From the NCBI GenBank assembly GCA_023205875.1, contig CP060764.1:496001-560000 (forward strand): a DNA stretch of 64,000 nt, in the 5' to 3' direction. Positions within the stretch are counted from its first letter, which is position 1, and each line of letters begins with the position of its first letter. The DNA is from Chloropicon primus (lineage: Eukaryota). Under the pieces are notes generated by a model, which had not been told where the DNA came from, searched no databases, and saw only the letters and a list, made by a program, of their open reading frames with translations. Made by a program: the position numbers and the translations under genes. Positions 21,267 to 32,910 of the stretch are shown here, in pieces.

Positions 21267-21640
21267 TGGATCGCGTTGCTGAGCCCGGGCGGGTGCCCGG
21301 AAGGACAGACCACTCACCACCACGCTGTTGAGGAGATGACAGAGATGCAGATGCACCTATCGTTGACAGATAGGAGAGCGAGCGACGACCATTTTACGAA
21401 AGAAAGAAAAAATTGCATGCGGGTGTGCATGTGCATGTGCATTCTTGTGTTGATTCATGTACACTTAGTTGGATCTTTGAACCCTTTCCCTTTCCCGTGC
21501 CCCCCAATCTCCCTCCGTCCAACCCCCTCTCTTCTCGCTCGTGTCTCAGAAAAGTCCAGTCCAGGGGACCAGCCGGATCACGCGCGCCACCTCACCTGCA
21601 CATTGGCGGGCGTTAGGGAGGGCTTTAGAAGAGGGAAGAC

Positions 21641-23117
21641 ATGGAGGGGAACCTGTTGTTACAGGCGGCGAAGGCTCGGAGCGCGAGCGCTCTTGACGTC
21701 GCAGCCGTGGCCGAGAGGTCGAAGAGTGGGTCGAGCGGTCCGTACGCGCAAGCCGCGGAACTGCTCGACAGCACCTCCTCTGACTTTGGGAAGAGCTCGC
21801 AAGTGCACGAGAACGACCTCGCGGAGGTCGTCGTGGTGTGCGAGCCCGGCTTGCAGAAGCAGATGGGTGCGTTGCACCCCGCGGCCGCGCTGTACGAGAG
21901 GTTCGTGAACATAGAGAAGTCCATCTCGGAGCACGCGAACTTCAGGGAAACATTGCGGAAGAGGGGCGTTAAGGTGCTGACGGTGAGGGAGATACTGAGG
22001 CACGGGCTTGACCGCAACCTGAGGTGCAGGATAGACCTCGAGGACCTCGCCATGGGGTTCCTGACGTACCAGGCGGACTCCGTCCAGGGTGAAAGCACGC
22101 CCACGTCGAGGGACAAGCTCAACAAGGACCTGAAGGAGCACATTTCGGACTCGTACAAGCGTCTCGTGCTGGAGAACATGTCGCCAGACCAGCTGATCGA
22201 CGTCATCCTGACCAAGCCCACCGTGACGGTGAAGCCAAGCTTCAGGGACACCGGGTTCACTGCGTCTTACGAGTTCGAGCCCCTGACCAACTTGATCTTC
22301 ACGAGGGACCAGCAGATCACGACCGCCAAGGGCATAGTCATGGCGTCGCTAAGGTCCTCCCAGCGGCAGCACGAGATAAAGGTGATGAAGTTCTGCTTCC
22401 AGAAGCTCGGCATCAACGTGCTGGGCCAGGTGGACCAGCCTGGCTACCTCGAGGGGGGTGACTTTTTCCCCGCGGGCGAGGGCCTCTGCTTCGTGGGCGT
22501 CGGGCTCCGGTCAAACGAAGAGGCGGTGGTGCAGCTGATGGAGAAAGACTACTTTGGAACGACGAGAGTGGCGATAGTGAAAGACATGTTCGAAAAGGAC
22601 CAAGACAGGTGAGTACCGAGGACAATTTTCTTGGGTCTGCGCACTCTTTTTTTCTTCTTTGTTCTGTGCTGAGCGCCCTCCCTGACCTCAGATCATTGTC
22701 GTTGTCTCTCTGCTCAGGATGCACCTCGACTGCGTCTTTAGCATCCTTTCGAACGACTGCGTGCTGATGCTGGAGGACATGATGGGCGCCGATTCTCCCA
22801 CGAGGAGACTCGTGGACGAGTACACCATCGGGGACGATGGGAAGTACACAAAGTCCAAGTCGGACGTCGAGTTCTCGCAGTACTTGGTGGACGGGGGTTA
22901 CAAGATCATACCGGTGACGGGGGAAGAACAGCTACAGTACGCTTGCAACGTTGTCAACCTCGGAGGCAGTCGTATCCTAAGCTGCCACGCTCCGACCGCG
23001 AGGAAGATTTGCAAGAGCCCTCATTTCTCGGGCACGATGGAGTACCTGGAGTACTCGGCGATCACCGCCATGTACGGCGCCCTCCACTGCAGCACTCAGA
23101 TAGTAAAGCGCTCTTGA
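21641..23117 (+). CDS. Arginine deiminase (amidinotransferase superfamily); exons 21641-22608 and 22718-23117
   Basis: NLIFTRDQ, YLEGGDF, RMHLDC formed across intron 22609-22717, YGALHCST (catalytic Cys). Confidence 0.9.
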
Positions 23118-23239
23118 TTTTTTTTCTTTCGATAAATACCTTGGTATCTGCTGACTTCAAAACGACGATCTTTACAAGTATTAAGGCTTTGGACTGGGTG
23201 TCAAAGTGCACCCTCCGCCGCTCGCTTCTCAACCACCAA

Positions 23240-24854
23240 TTACTTTGGGATCGCCGGGATGGCTCCGAACTCCGTACCGACCTCTCCGCCCTTGATCATG
23301 TGCGCCTGCGCGGACATGAGAACGAACCAAGCGACAAAGAGCCCGAACCCAACGAGAAGGAATCCGATCCACAAGTGGTCGAGGGCGTCGATGCAGTTCT
23401 TGCAGTAGTTGTCGGTCAAGTCCTTGGCCGTAGTCCGCACGAACTTGCAAGTGATGAGATCCTCGGTCTCTGGCAAAATCCTGATCAAGTCGGATGCACC
23501 TTGGGACAAGTCCACCATCCTCAAGAAATCAGTCCTGATAATGGGCTTCCCGGCCTGTCGGCAGGACACCAGGTCGTCGTCGTCGCAAGCGAGAGGCTGG
23601 TAAGTCGCTTGGAATTGTGGGAGCGTCACCTTGTTGTCGGACGTAGGATAAGGGCAAGTGGATTGCACATATCTCGTGAGGGCGTTCGACATGGCGCTTG
23701 CGGTGCACTCGGAGGCAAAAGGGTTCAAGTTGCAGTTCACGAATGGCACGCACATGAGGTCCAGAGTGATGGCCTGGGCCCTGACCTGGTCGCAGACGCT
23801 CGACGTGATTCCCTGGCAGGCCGTCAAGGCGTCCGCGGTAGCCGTGTTCGCCTTGCCGATCTCCTTGTTGATCTCCGTCGCAAATTCGTTCAGGTTCTTG
23901 TACGCCTCCTCGAGAGACTCCGCGGCAGTCTCCCTGTCGGGACAAGGGATGTACTCGGTCAAAGTCGATTTCGCTGGAGTCTTCTGGTAAACAATCATCT
24001 CGTTGCAGGTGTCCGCGAAGAGCGCAGTCATCGGGAAGGAGACCCCGACGCAGGCCCAGGCGATCACACTGATGAGAGGCATGATGAGGGTGATAATGAT
24101 GGCCACGCTTCGCCACTTGCAGCCGGTGGCGAGGAGGAGGACCAAGCCAAAGAACATGAAGACGCAAGCCGCGATCAGGAAGGCAAGGTCCACGATCTTG
24201 AAAACGTCCTTCAGCTGCTGCTCGTAGTCGTCCACCTCGTTGGACATGTTGATGGCTTCCTCGGTGAGGTCCAGGACAACGTCCAGGGAGTCTTGGTCCA
24301 TGTTACCGAGCTTCTGCGCGGCTTGCACGAGAGCATCGCTGATTCCTATGATGGAGGCGACCACGGCGTCCTTGTTCTTCACGAGGCCGGAACTGAAGTC
24401 GTCCACCGAGGCCGTGGACTCCGCGCCGTAGATGTACACGATGGCCGATCCCGCGAACACGAGGAGGCAGAGGACCACGATGGCTATCGTGGAGCACAAC
24501 AGGCCCCTCTTCCTCTTTGCGGTCGGCCAGCATCCGCCTCCCCTGTCCTTCCTTCGCCACGAGCAGCACAGGCACCTGATGGTGAAGAAGAAAATTGGAA
24601 CAAGAAGGCTGAGCACCGCTAGCGCGACGCCGGGGATGGCCAAGAAAGCTGCAAGCGAGAGAGGTGAGATGAGGTGAGCAAAAGTGGCCCGTGCCTTGCT
24701 TGCGTCGTCGTTAGACGGACTCACCTAGCGAGTAACTGTACGCCTCTTCATCCGGATCGAAGCCACCCTCGTACTCCTCGAAATTGTCGCTGACGTCAAG
24801 CCGAGGTATATCGTCCCCTATGGTCGTAAACTCGAGTAGGGACCGCCCCTGCAT
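23240..24854 (-). CDS. Multi-pass membrane protein, plant Tweety/prominin-like family; intron 24649-24724
   Basis: Spliced N terminus RLDVSDNFEEYEGGFDP..YSYSLAFLAIPG; five TM segments; FADTC..M, TLTEYIPC, DLITCKFVR..YC; start codon uncertain. Confidence 0.75.
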
Positions 24855-26160
24855 CTTGGCAACCGCGTGGGTCTGGTAATCACCTTGGCTCCCTCTCTCT
24901 CCCTCTGTCTCTGTCTCAACCTTTCCGACACAAGTTGTGGAAGCGGAAGCGTGGCCAAGGTCTCACGCAAGCGAGCACTGGAACTCCTCTCCAAAGGCGC
25001 AACCTTGGGACGACGGTCGTCGTCGTCGTCGTCGTCGTCGTTGTCCTCCTCGGGTCTCTCTGTGCTTGAGAAAGGTGCTGCTGGTCTCCAAGATAACGTC
25101 TCGCTAACATTTCCGTGGGATCAGGGGACAACGAGAGAGTAGGTTTCCTTTGTTCATTTTTTGGAAAGGAACTTTTCCGTGGGGACGCGGGCCGGGGGGA
25201 CCAAACGGTCACTTGGGTTGGGTTGGGTCCTGCAGGAGGAGGAGGAGGAGGAGGAGGAGACCGCTTACAGAGACCGCTTACAATGCTCTGCCCCCCCCCT
25301 TCCCCGCCGCCCCTCCTCTTTCCTTTCTTCGAGACCACCGCCACTCTCAAAGCACAAGCTTTGGGCGGCTCTCTTTCAAGGCTCAGAGACTCTCTTTTAA
25401 GGCTCAGAGACTCTCTCTCGAGGCTCTCCCAGGAGTCCTCGGCGGGGAGCGGGGCTGAGCTGCGCCCTGGAATCTCACGAAAGGGGCGTGCTTCCTCCTC
25501 TCCCATGGGGGGTGGGTGGATCATCCAGGATAATTTATCCTCGCTAGGATCATCACCGGTCCTCGTGGGTCCTCGTCCTCCTCCGGACCTGACCTGGACA
25601 CCCCCAGGCGATTGCAGCGAGGCCCTCCGGTCCCCCGTGCCGTCGTCTCCCCCGCGTTCCCCTCATGAGTCATCGCCAGGGTCTGTTTCAAGCCTTCAAA
25701 CGTTTGAAACCCGTCTCACGAGTCACGCACACGGCCTCCTCGTCTTGTCCATGGGATGACGGAACGGCTTGAACGTTAAACTTTCCCGAAATTCATATTT
25801 GACGCCTCCTGTGCGTTTCCTGTTCTTCCGTTACTTGATATTTGAAGTCTCCGAAACTTTTCCAGCCGAATTCTAAATTCTTCTCCCCCACAGATCACGG
25901 TCGCGGGGCGTCTTTGGGAGGAAGCCGGGGAGCCGAGCTCGAGAGTCGTGATGACGGTGGTTTCCTCCTCCTCCTTTCCTATACGTGCGCTCGACGGCAA
26001 ACCGTGGGACAGAAAGTTGAAGACCACGGCGACCGAGGACCAAGAACGAACCCTGCGACGAACGACCGTTACGAGAGAGAGAGAGGGAGCGTTACGCTTT
26101 ACGCACACACAGGAACAACAAGGACCCAAGCCATCCACGCAGAACGAGTTTGTGTTTGGA

Positions 26161-27162
26161 ATGTCGAGGTGCTTCACGATGGCGACGAGAGACGAGAGAA
26201 GAGACGTGCAGCTTCAAGTAATACTTGGGGACGTGATCAAGGAGAAGGGAGCCCTCTCCGACCGCGCGGAGAGTTTCCTCAACCGCACCAACCCCTGCTT
26301 CCGCGCCAACGCAGGGCTGAAGAGGAAATGGGTGGAGGACCAAGAGTGCGGTGCGGAGGCTCCGTCGGTCGAGGAGACTACCTGGAGCGCTCCCAGCGAG
26401 GGCTGCGAGTCCACGGGGAACGCGCCAGTGACCCCTCCCTTGGTTCGGCCGGAGGAGGAGCCCGAGGTGTTGAACTCCGCCGAGCCGAGCTTGCCCTCCC
26501 CGAGGGCGAAGAGCTCCGGCTACAGGGGGATCACGAGGAGGCGAAGGGGTTGGGAAGCGCACGTGTGGCGCCACGGTAAGCAGGCTTACCTGGGCGGCTA
26601 CAACGAGGAGAAGGACGCGGCCAGGGCCTACGACATGGCCGTCATCAAGATCAGGGGAATGGATTCCGAGACGAACTTCCCAGCAAGCGGGTACGTCGAG
26701 GACCTGAAGAGACTGAGGGCGGACGAGGTCTCCGTGGAGGAGTTCATCATCGCTCTGAGGGAGGAGGCCAAGGCTCTCACCAAGCGCCAGAAGGAGGAGG
26801 AGACGAAGAGGAGCTCCGACAGGCTTAGGGAGTTGTACCTCGAGCAGGGGAATCTCGCGCTTTCGAGCGAGCCGGCCGGCGATGTCGCGGCGGCACAGCG
26901 CGCGGCGAAGAGGCTGAGGCTGAGCGAGGCGGCAATCCTCTCGAACCTCAAAAGCCTCAGCAACGCGGACCCAAGCCCCCGAGTGATCAGGCCCACTCCA
27001 ATCGTGCCGAGTAGCCCGTGGGGAGAGCCCGTGATCAGCCTTCCAGCGAACGTGCAAAGCGTGGCGCAGCCATCTCCTGACCAGGCCACCCAGAATGTGA
27101 TCCACTACCTGGAGATGATGAAGCAAGCCCTCGCAATTATCGAGCTGGCCTGCAGGCTGTGA
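26161..27162 (+). CDS. AP2-domain transcription factor
   Basis: SSGYRGITRRRRGWEAHVWRHGKQAYLGGYNEEKDAARAYDMAVIKIRG..TNFP; start at 26161 or 26179. Confidence 0.92.
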   Translation: MSRCFTMATRDERRDVQLQVILGDVIKEKGALSDRAESFLNRTNPCFRANAGLKRKWVEDQECGAEAPSVEETTWSAPSEGCESTGNAPVTPPLVRPEEEPEVLNSAEPSLPSPRAKSSGYRGITRRRRGWEAHVWRHGKQAYLGGYNEEKDAARAYDMAVIKIRGMDSETNFPASGYVEDLKRLRADEVSVEEFIIALREEAKALTKRQKEEETKRSSDRLRELYLEQGNLALSSEPAGDVAAAQRAAKRLRLSEAAILSNLKSLSNADPSPRVIRPTPIVPSSPWGEPVISLPANVQSVAQPSPDQATQNVIHYLEMMKQALAIIELACRL

Positions 27163-27372
27163 CGAGACGCCGTTGTCCCCCCTAAAAAAACTACTAAAGC
27201 ATCTTTTTTTATCTATTATTGGACGTCCTTTTTTCACCCCTTGCACACTGTGTTGATCACCACTCTCGACGACGAGGACGAGGACGACGGACTTGGCTCA
27301 CGGGCTCCGCTCGTGGCTTGACCTCTCTCAAAGCAGGGAGTAAGTTTCTTGTACGCTTGGGTTTTACACTTT

Positions 27373-29769
27373 TTAGCAAGCAAGGTCAACTATTTTATCC
27401 CTGAAACTCTCGATGTTCGTCTTCGTCAGCGTCTTTATTTTCATCATGGAGAGCTCCTGCTTGGTGAATGGACACTTGCCCTGTTCGTCCAGGACGGCCC
27501 TCCAAGTCGCGATGCCCATGACATGGCCATACGGGGAGATGGCAGGGTTGACAACAGGCTCAAGCGTGATTGGGTCGATAAAACCAGGCAAGGGGTTGTC
27601 CACGTTTGCCTCGTCGTCGACGTTCTTATCCCCCCTGTCCTTGCATCTAGCCTTGTAACGCTCTGATCTGTTGACACTGTTCCAGCGGTTCTTCCCGTAG
27701 CCCTCTTCTACTTCCCCGTAGTCCTCGCCCTCACTGTCCGACCATTCGTTGTGACGCTTCCTTTTCGTCCTCCTCGAGCCCGATGCGTAGTTGGTCCTCC
27801 TCGAGCCCGATGCGTAGCTCTTGGGAGCCTTGGGAGGTTTGATTTTGTCCGCCCGCATCTCTTGCACAAAACCCGACGCAATGTACTCCTCCCTGTCCAT
27901 CTTGCCCGCCCAGTAAAGCTGCATTCTCCTCTCGGGGTCCTGCTCCTCGATCTGCTTGATGACATCGGGCTGGTTCAAACCAAAATACTCGGGTCCCGCG
28001 ATCGCTGTCTTGGGGGGAGGCGGCAAATCCTCTCCCTCCTTGATTCTCCTGTCGATCTCGTTGTTGATTCTCTTCAGGATCGCGCTCCAGCAAGCCGTCG
28101 CGCTTTTGCCATAAAAGGGCTCCTCAGGTCGGTCGTCCGCAACGATCTGGAACGTTGGAGCAGGCCAAAACTTTCCGCCTTGGCCTACAATCCTACATTC
28201 GTGGTTCACCAGCTGGTCCAACTCGATAGAGGATCTGAAGGGCGTCTTTGCCATGAAGCCGTCGGGGAAGATGTACCCCTTGTTATGCCACCCATCTTCG
28301 AAGCGGACCTGTCCGATCTCATGGACAGTCCCCCTCTTCGTGCTCTTTTGCCTCACTCGGCCCAAGCTCGGCTTCTTTCGAATTCCGCCGCTTCCCCTTC
28401 CCGTCTTTGCGTAGGACCCCCTCACAACCGTCTTTGCAGCCTCGGGAGAAGCAGCCTTGGCGGTTCCATCCGTAGACGAGAATTGCAGCCTCTTTCCCTT
28501 CCCTTCAGCAGCCTTGGGCCTCCTCGCCCCTTTGCCCTTGTCGGTGGACTTCACGCTCGGGGGCTCGTTCTTTGACCCCAGCAGCAACGTCGAGTTGCTC
28601 GCCAGGGATTTCGTGGCCTCGCTCTTGCACTCCTGCTCCTCCTTCTTCTTCTTGGCGGGGGACGCCTTCGCCTTGGCGTCTCTCAGGAGGGAAAGGGTGC
28701 TCAAAAATTTGGTGGGCTGCCGCGGGATTCTCAACCCCTTGGTCCTTTTCCCCACGGGGGATCTCTTGACCTCCCTGAAGGGGCTGGCGGGCTCCTCCAC
28801 GGGCTTCTCCTGGGCCTCCGCCTTGTCCTCAACGACGGCTGGACCCTTCACAATGTCGTCTATCTTTGCGTTCTCGCAGGGCGATTTGCTCGGACTCCTG
28901 AGCTTCAACTCGGACCTCTTCTTCCTGGCCGGCTTCGCCTGCACTTGCACCTTTGCGGCAACGACCGCCTGCTCCTTCCCGGCCGAAGGCTTTCTTGGCG
29001 AGTTTCTGGTGGCTGGTTTGTCCCCCTCCCCCTCGGTCTGGTCCTCGGCCCTGACGGCCTTGACCTCGACATTCTTGCTCCCCCCAGCGGACGCCCGCTT
29101 GCCGCGGAAGCCGCCGATGAAGATGCCGCCCTTCCCGCCCTTGGGGACGAACTTTTTCGGGTTGGGGGGTCCCCGGGTCGCCATGTACTCCTGCAGGGGC
29201 GTAGGCCCCTTCCTGGTCTCCCCGCTTCTCGGCGGGGCTCTGGGCACCGTCGTCCCGTTCGCCAGAGCCCTGACCCTCTCCTTCACTCTCGGCTCCGAAA
29301 CCAGGGCCATCGCGGTCTCCTCCTCGTTGTTGTCGTACATCTCCAGAGCGCACTCGACCTCCCTCTCCGTCATGTCCGGGCACACCACCATGAGCTCCTC
29401 CACCTTCCTCTTCTTCTCCCTCTCCTCGTAAACCTCGAGCATCTTCTGCATGTGAGCCGTCCTCGCATTCACGATCTCTTGCTCCTTCTCCGTCAGGTTC
29501 CTCCCCTGAAGCTCCTGGAACAGGTTGTTGTTCCTCGACGTCTCGATCCCGTCCTGACCCTGCTCGAACATCTCCGCCAAGGTCTGCGTCTTCTCCTCGT
29601 TCTCCTTCCCTTCCACGTGGCCCTCCATAACCGCTGCCATCTTCTCCTTCTTCCTCGGACTCCTTCGCACTCCCTTCCTCGCAGACGGCACCGGCACCGG
29701 CACCAACTCCTCCTTGGTCCTCGCGACACGTGCTCCTCCGCGACGCCGAGGCGTGCTTCGCTTTGTCAT
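27373..29769 (-). CDS. CUE/UBA-like + FYRN/FYRC + U-box protein
   Basis: GWHNKGYIFPDGF (FYRN); FYGKSATACW..IAGPEYFGLNQPDVIKQIE (FYRC); FIDPITLEPVVNPAISPYGHV..KCPFTKQEL (U-box); ELMVVCPDMTEREVECALEMYDNNEE (CUE/UBA-like). Confidence 0.85.
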   Translation of the reverse strand: MTKRSTPRRRGGARVARTKEELVPVPVPSARKGVRRSPRKKEKMAAVMEGHVEGKENEEKTQTLAEMFEQGQDGIETSRNNNLFQELQGRNLTEKEQEIVNARTAHMQKMLEVYEEREKKRKVEELMVVCPDMTEREVECALEMYDNNEEETAMALVSEPRVKERVRALANGTTVPRAPPRSGETRKGPTPLQEYMATRGPPNPKKFVPKGGKGGIFIGGFRGKRASAGGSKNVEVKAVRAEDQTEGEGDKPATRNSPRKPSAGKEQAVVAAKVQVQAKPARKKRSELKLRSPSKSPCENAKIDDIVKGPAVVEDKAEAQEKPVEEPASPFREVKRSPVGKRTKGLRIPRQPTKFLSTLSLLRDAKAKASPAKKKKEEQECKSEATKSLASNSTLLLGSKNEPPSVKSTDKGKGARRPKAAEGKGKRLQFSSTDGTAKAASPEAAKTVVRGSYAKTGRGSGGIRKKPSLGRVRQKSTKRGTVHEIGQVRFEDGWHNKGYIFPDGFMAKTPFRSSIELDQLVNHECRIVGQGGKFWPAPTFQIVADDRPEEPFYGKSATACWSAILKRINNEIDRRIKEGEDLPPPPKTAIAGPEYFGLNQPDVIKQIEEQDPERRMQLYWAGKMDREEYIASGFVQEMRADKIKPPKAPKSYASGSRRTNYASGSRRTKRKRHNEWSDSEGEDYGEVEEGYGKNRWNSVNRSERYKARCKDRGDKNVDDEANVDNPLPGFIDPITLEPVVNPAISPYGHVMGIATWRAVLDEQGKCPFTKQELSMMKIKTLTKTNIESFRDKIVDLAC

Positions 29770-30330
29770 TCAAGTCTCTCGTTCAAGTTCGCCTTGGCGG
29801 GCTCGGCCTTCGACCTCGTCTTCCGATTGAATAGCGTTTTTCTCGCCCCTCGCTCCGTTTTGCGCGGGAAAGAAAACGGACAAGGGTCGGGAAAACGATG
29901 CAAACTTTGGGCAGAGAGTAGCGGGCGTTTCGATTCGCATGGGGGAGGGCCGCACAATCGAAGGTACTTGATGGGGGTTACCCCTGCGTGATGGTATCGT
30001 ATTAATCACGATGATGGTGCAGCACGTAGACGCAGCGCAGGCCTAGCTATAGCGAAGCCCTGCGGGTAGCGTCATGAGTGTGAGCGATCACTAGGATTCT
30101 AAATATGCTAAACTGATGTGTGGTGTGGATGGAGATCAGGACGAGATGAGGGGGAGCAAGCCCGAGTTTGTCCTCGGTGATGCCCGCAACCACCGCCATC
30201 GTCCTCGGCAGCAGCAGCATTGCACACCTGTGTGGGAAACAAGGGTGGGGCTCAGTCGTGCCAACCTTCAATTGCGTTGAAAATAATACCTCTCTTTCCT
30301 TTAGCTTAGCATCAGTAACCACGCAGCAAG

Positions 30331-32655
30331 TCAGCAGTGGTTGCAGGTTTCGTCCTCGCAACCGTCGCGGTGGTGCTCCTCCTGTTCCTCCTCCTCCTCG
30401 ACATCCTCCTCCTCCTCGATATCCTCGACATCCTCCTCCTCCTCTCTGTGGGAAAAGATGAAGAGGGCGATGATGTACCTGATTCCGGAGGTGATGTTGC
30501 GGCCGCCGTGGCTCAGCTCGCCTCCCCGAAACACGAAGGCCCCGCCCTCCTCCACTTTGACGACGTGCCCCTCGCCCTCCTCGAAGCCGCCGTCCTCGAC
30601 GATGATGATGCCCCCGCCCCCGTACTCGCTGGTGGGGTTCAACCCGATCGTAGCAGAGTAGTGGGACTGGTCCGTGTGAATCGGCAAAAACTTCTGGCCG
30701 TCCATCGAATACTTGATGACGAACGCGTCGTGGACTTGAAGATCCTCAAGCTCCTCCCCGAACTTGCTCGCGATCGCGGGGAAGATGTGATCTCTCAGGG
30801 ACCTGTTCAAGATCCCGAGGCACCCCGGTAGGGCGTGGGCGGGGAGGTCAGTCGTCGGCACGGAGTAGTGCCTCTTCGTCGACCACCCATTCTTTTCCCT
30901 GGCATGGCTCTCCGCCTCGTCGATGATTTCCTTGCATTCGTCCAAGGTCATTACCGGCGAGCCCAGGAAGAAGGCGTCCTGGCGAAGGTGTCTCGGGAGG
31001 CGGTCGTCCGCCTCGTCCTCCTCGCTCGGCTCAGCCCCGGCCGAATCTCGGTCCTCCGCATCTGTCGTCCTGTACGTGAAGTAGCGGTGCGCCGCCATCA
31101 GCGTTTCCAACTCATCGTGCGGCGAGCCGGATTCCCTCGTGACCTCCGCCCCGAGCTTCCAGGCCTCGTACCCCTTCGACCAGCGACCCATGTTCACCAG
31201 GGCTCTGCCGTAATTGCTGGAGAAAGGGAGTGAAAAGGGAGAGGGGTCAGTCCATCATGCAAGCGAAAAGCAACAACGTCTTACTTACTGCCAGGTCTCG
31301 CCATCCTGCTTCGACACTTCCAGCCGCTTCTCGTAAAGCTCGCAGGCATCGCTGTACCTCTCCTCGTCGAATGCCAGCTTGCCTAGCGCGTCAAGGGCCG
31401 AGAGATCGCCTTGTCGCGGTTGGCCGCCCTCGAATCCTTCCAGGAATTCTCTCGTCCTACAAGTCGAGCAAGAGCACTCCATCCTGATTCGTTTCAGGAA
31501 GTCAAGCGTCTCGGAGTGGCTCTCTGAGTCCCGAAGGTAACACCTCGTCATCCCCGCCCCGTCCCCAAGCAAGTGGTTTGCCTGGACGTCTATCTTGCTC
31601 TCCAGGGGCGAGAAGGACAAGGCGATGCTGGGCTTGCACGAGTGCGTGAATTTCGTCGCACCTTCCCAAAACACGAGAGCGGAGACGCTCGGCAAGTAGA
31701 GCTCCCCCTCGTCGTTATAATCCTGCAAGTCCTCCACGTCGTTGTCCTCCTCCGCGAACACGTAGAGGGCCTCCTTGAGCTCAGGAGCATCCTCTAGACG
31801 CCTTTCGATGTCACCGGCGTCCTCCCTCTTCAAGACCCCGTCGATGTACCTGCCCGCGGGGCTGAGGTGGTCGACACTGATGCAGGTCATGTCGAGCCAA
31901 GTCGCAGTCTTGGCGAAGTGGTCCACGCCCTCGGCCCTGAATCGAGCTGCCCCGGGGAGTCCCTTCTCCTCCAGAGTGGTGGCAAGGAAGCCGAAGCAGT
32001 CCTCGGTAATGCCTCGCCAAGTTTTTCCACCCCCGCCCGAGAGAGACTCGGCCACCTGCAAGACTTCTTCCCGGTAGCAGCCAGCGAGACTCGGCCCGTA
32101 GTCCGCGACATAGTCCCAGAAAGGCATCAGGCCCTCCGCCTTGTCCAGGCCGAGACCAGGCCAGCCGGACGGTTCCTTCTGCTTCGCCTGGTGCACCACC
32201 ACCTGCGCAAGCAGCTCGTACACGAGCAAGCCGTGCTCCAGAGTCAAGACCTTGTACTTGTAGATCGGATCCTCCTCGGTGACATTCCCGACGCAGAGCA
32301 CGTCGTGGTGGTCCTCGTCCGCCCTCCGAAAGCACTCCTCCGAGCAAAAGGCAGCGCCACACCCCCTGGGACATAGGTAGACACCTCCGGGCTGGAGCTT
32401 CCGAGCCCAGCGCGGTGACCAGGGCATCTCCTTGTCCCTTCTGCCATCGAGGAAGACCTCCCTCAGCGTCTTCTCCCCCTTGCAGGCGACCACCTGGTCG
32501 TACAGGGACCCCAGTGGCTTGAGGCACCTGTAGCAGCACGGCGAGGATGCCTTGGTCTGAGGAGTCTGCAAGCAAAAGGTTGGCTCAGCCCTCGCAATCT
32601 TGTCCCCGTACTCGTACCTCGAGGCGGTGAGAACCTCGCCAGCGCTCGATTCCAT
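30331..32655 (-). CDS. MYND/SET (SMYD-like) - TPR - 2OG-Fe(II) oxygenase fusion; intron 31217-31288
   Basis: MYND CYRC..CPRGC..FCSEEC..H..LC; SET FTHSCKPS and post-SET CSCSTC; the splice creates TPR-like WHNYGRALVNMGRW; 2OG motif HTD..H..RY. Confidence 0.8.
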
Positions 32656-32910
32656 CACGGCGACTCCTTCCTTTCGATCCCCCTCGTCCGCGCGCGCCAA
32701 CAAGGCCACCGCCAGCGAGCGAGCTCGAGGCGAACCGCTACGCCCTCTCCTGTCTTCGTTTTAATTCTCTTTCAAGGGGGACCTGCCTGGAGCTGCAGGA
32801 GAAGACGGCGGGGACTCGGGGGGGAGGAGAGAACAAAGCTGCGCTATAATAGGTTTTACAGGTTATTAATATGTTTCTTCGAACTCTTCGAACCCATATG
32901 TTGTGGTGGT

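Noticed and set aside
25369..25431. 21-bp imperfect triple repeat within minus-strand ORF 24916-25524
   Set aside because: The repeat is real, but the ORF is low-complexity and lies in a divergent promoter/UTR region; no support for a gene.
29985..30120. Possible box C/D snoRNA
   Set aside because: The C-box candidates are imperfect (RTGATGG) and I could not identify a terminal stem or rRNA guide; an Infernal/snoscan run would be needed.
30300..30345. Selenocysteine readthrough at the Cys-TGA end of the SET-2OG gene
   Set aside because: No redox-motif context and no recognisable SECIS element.
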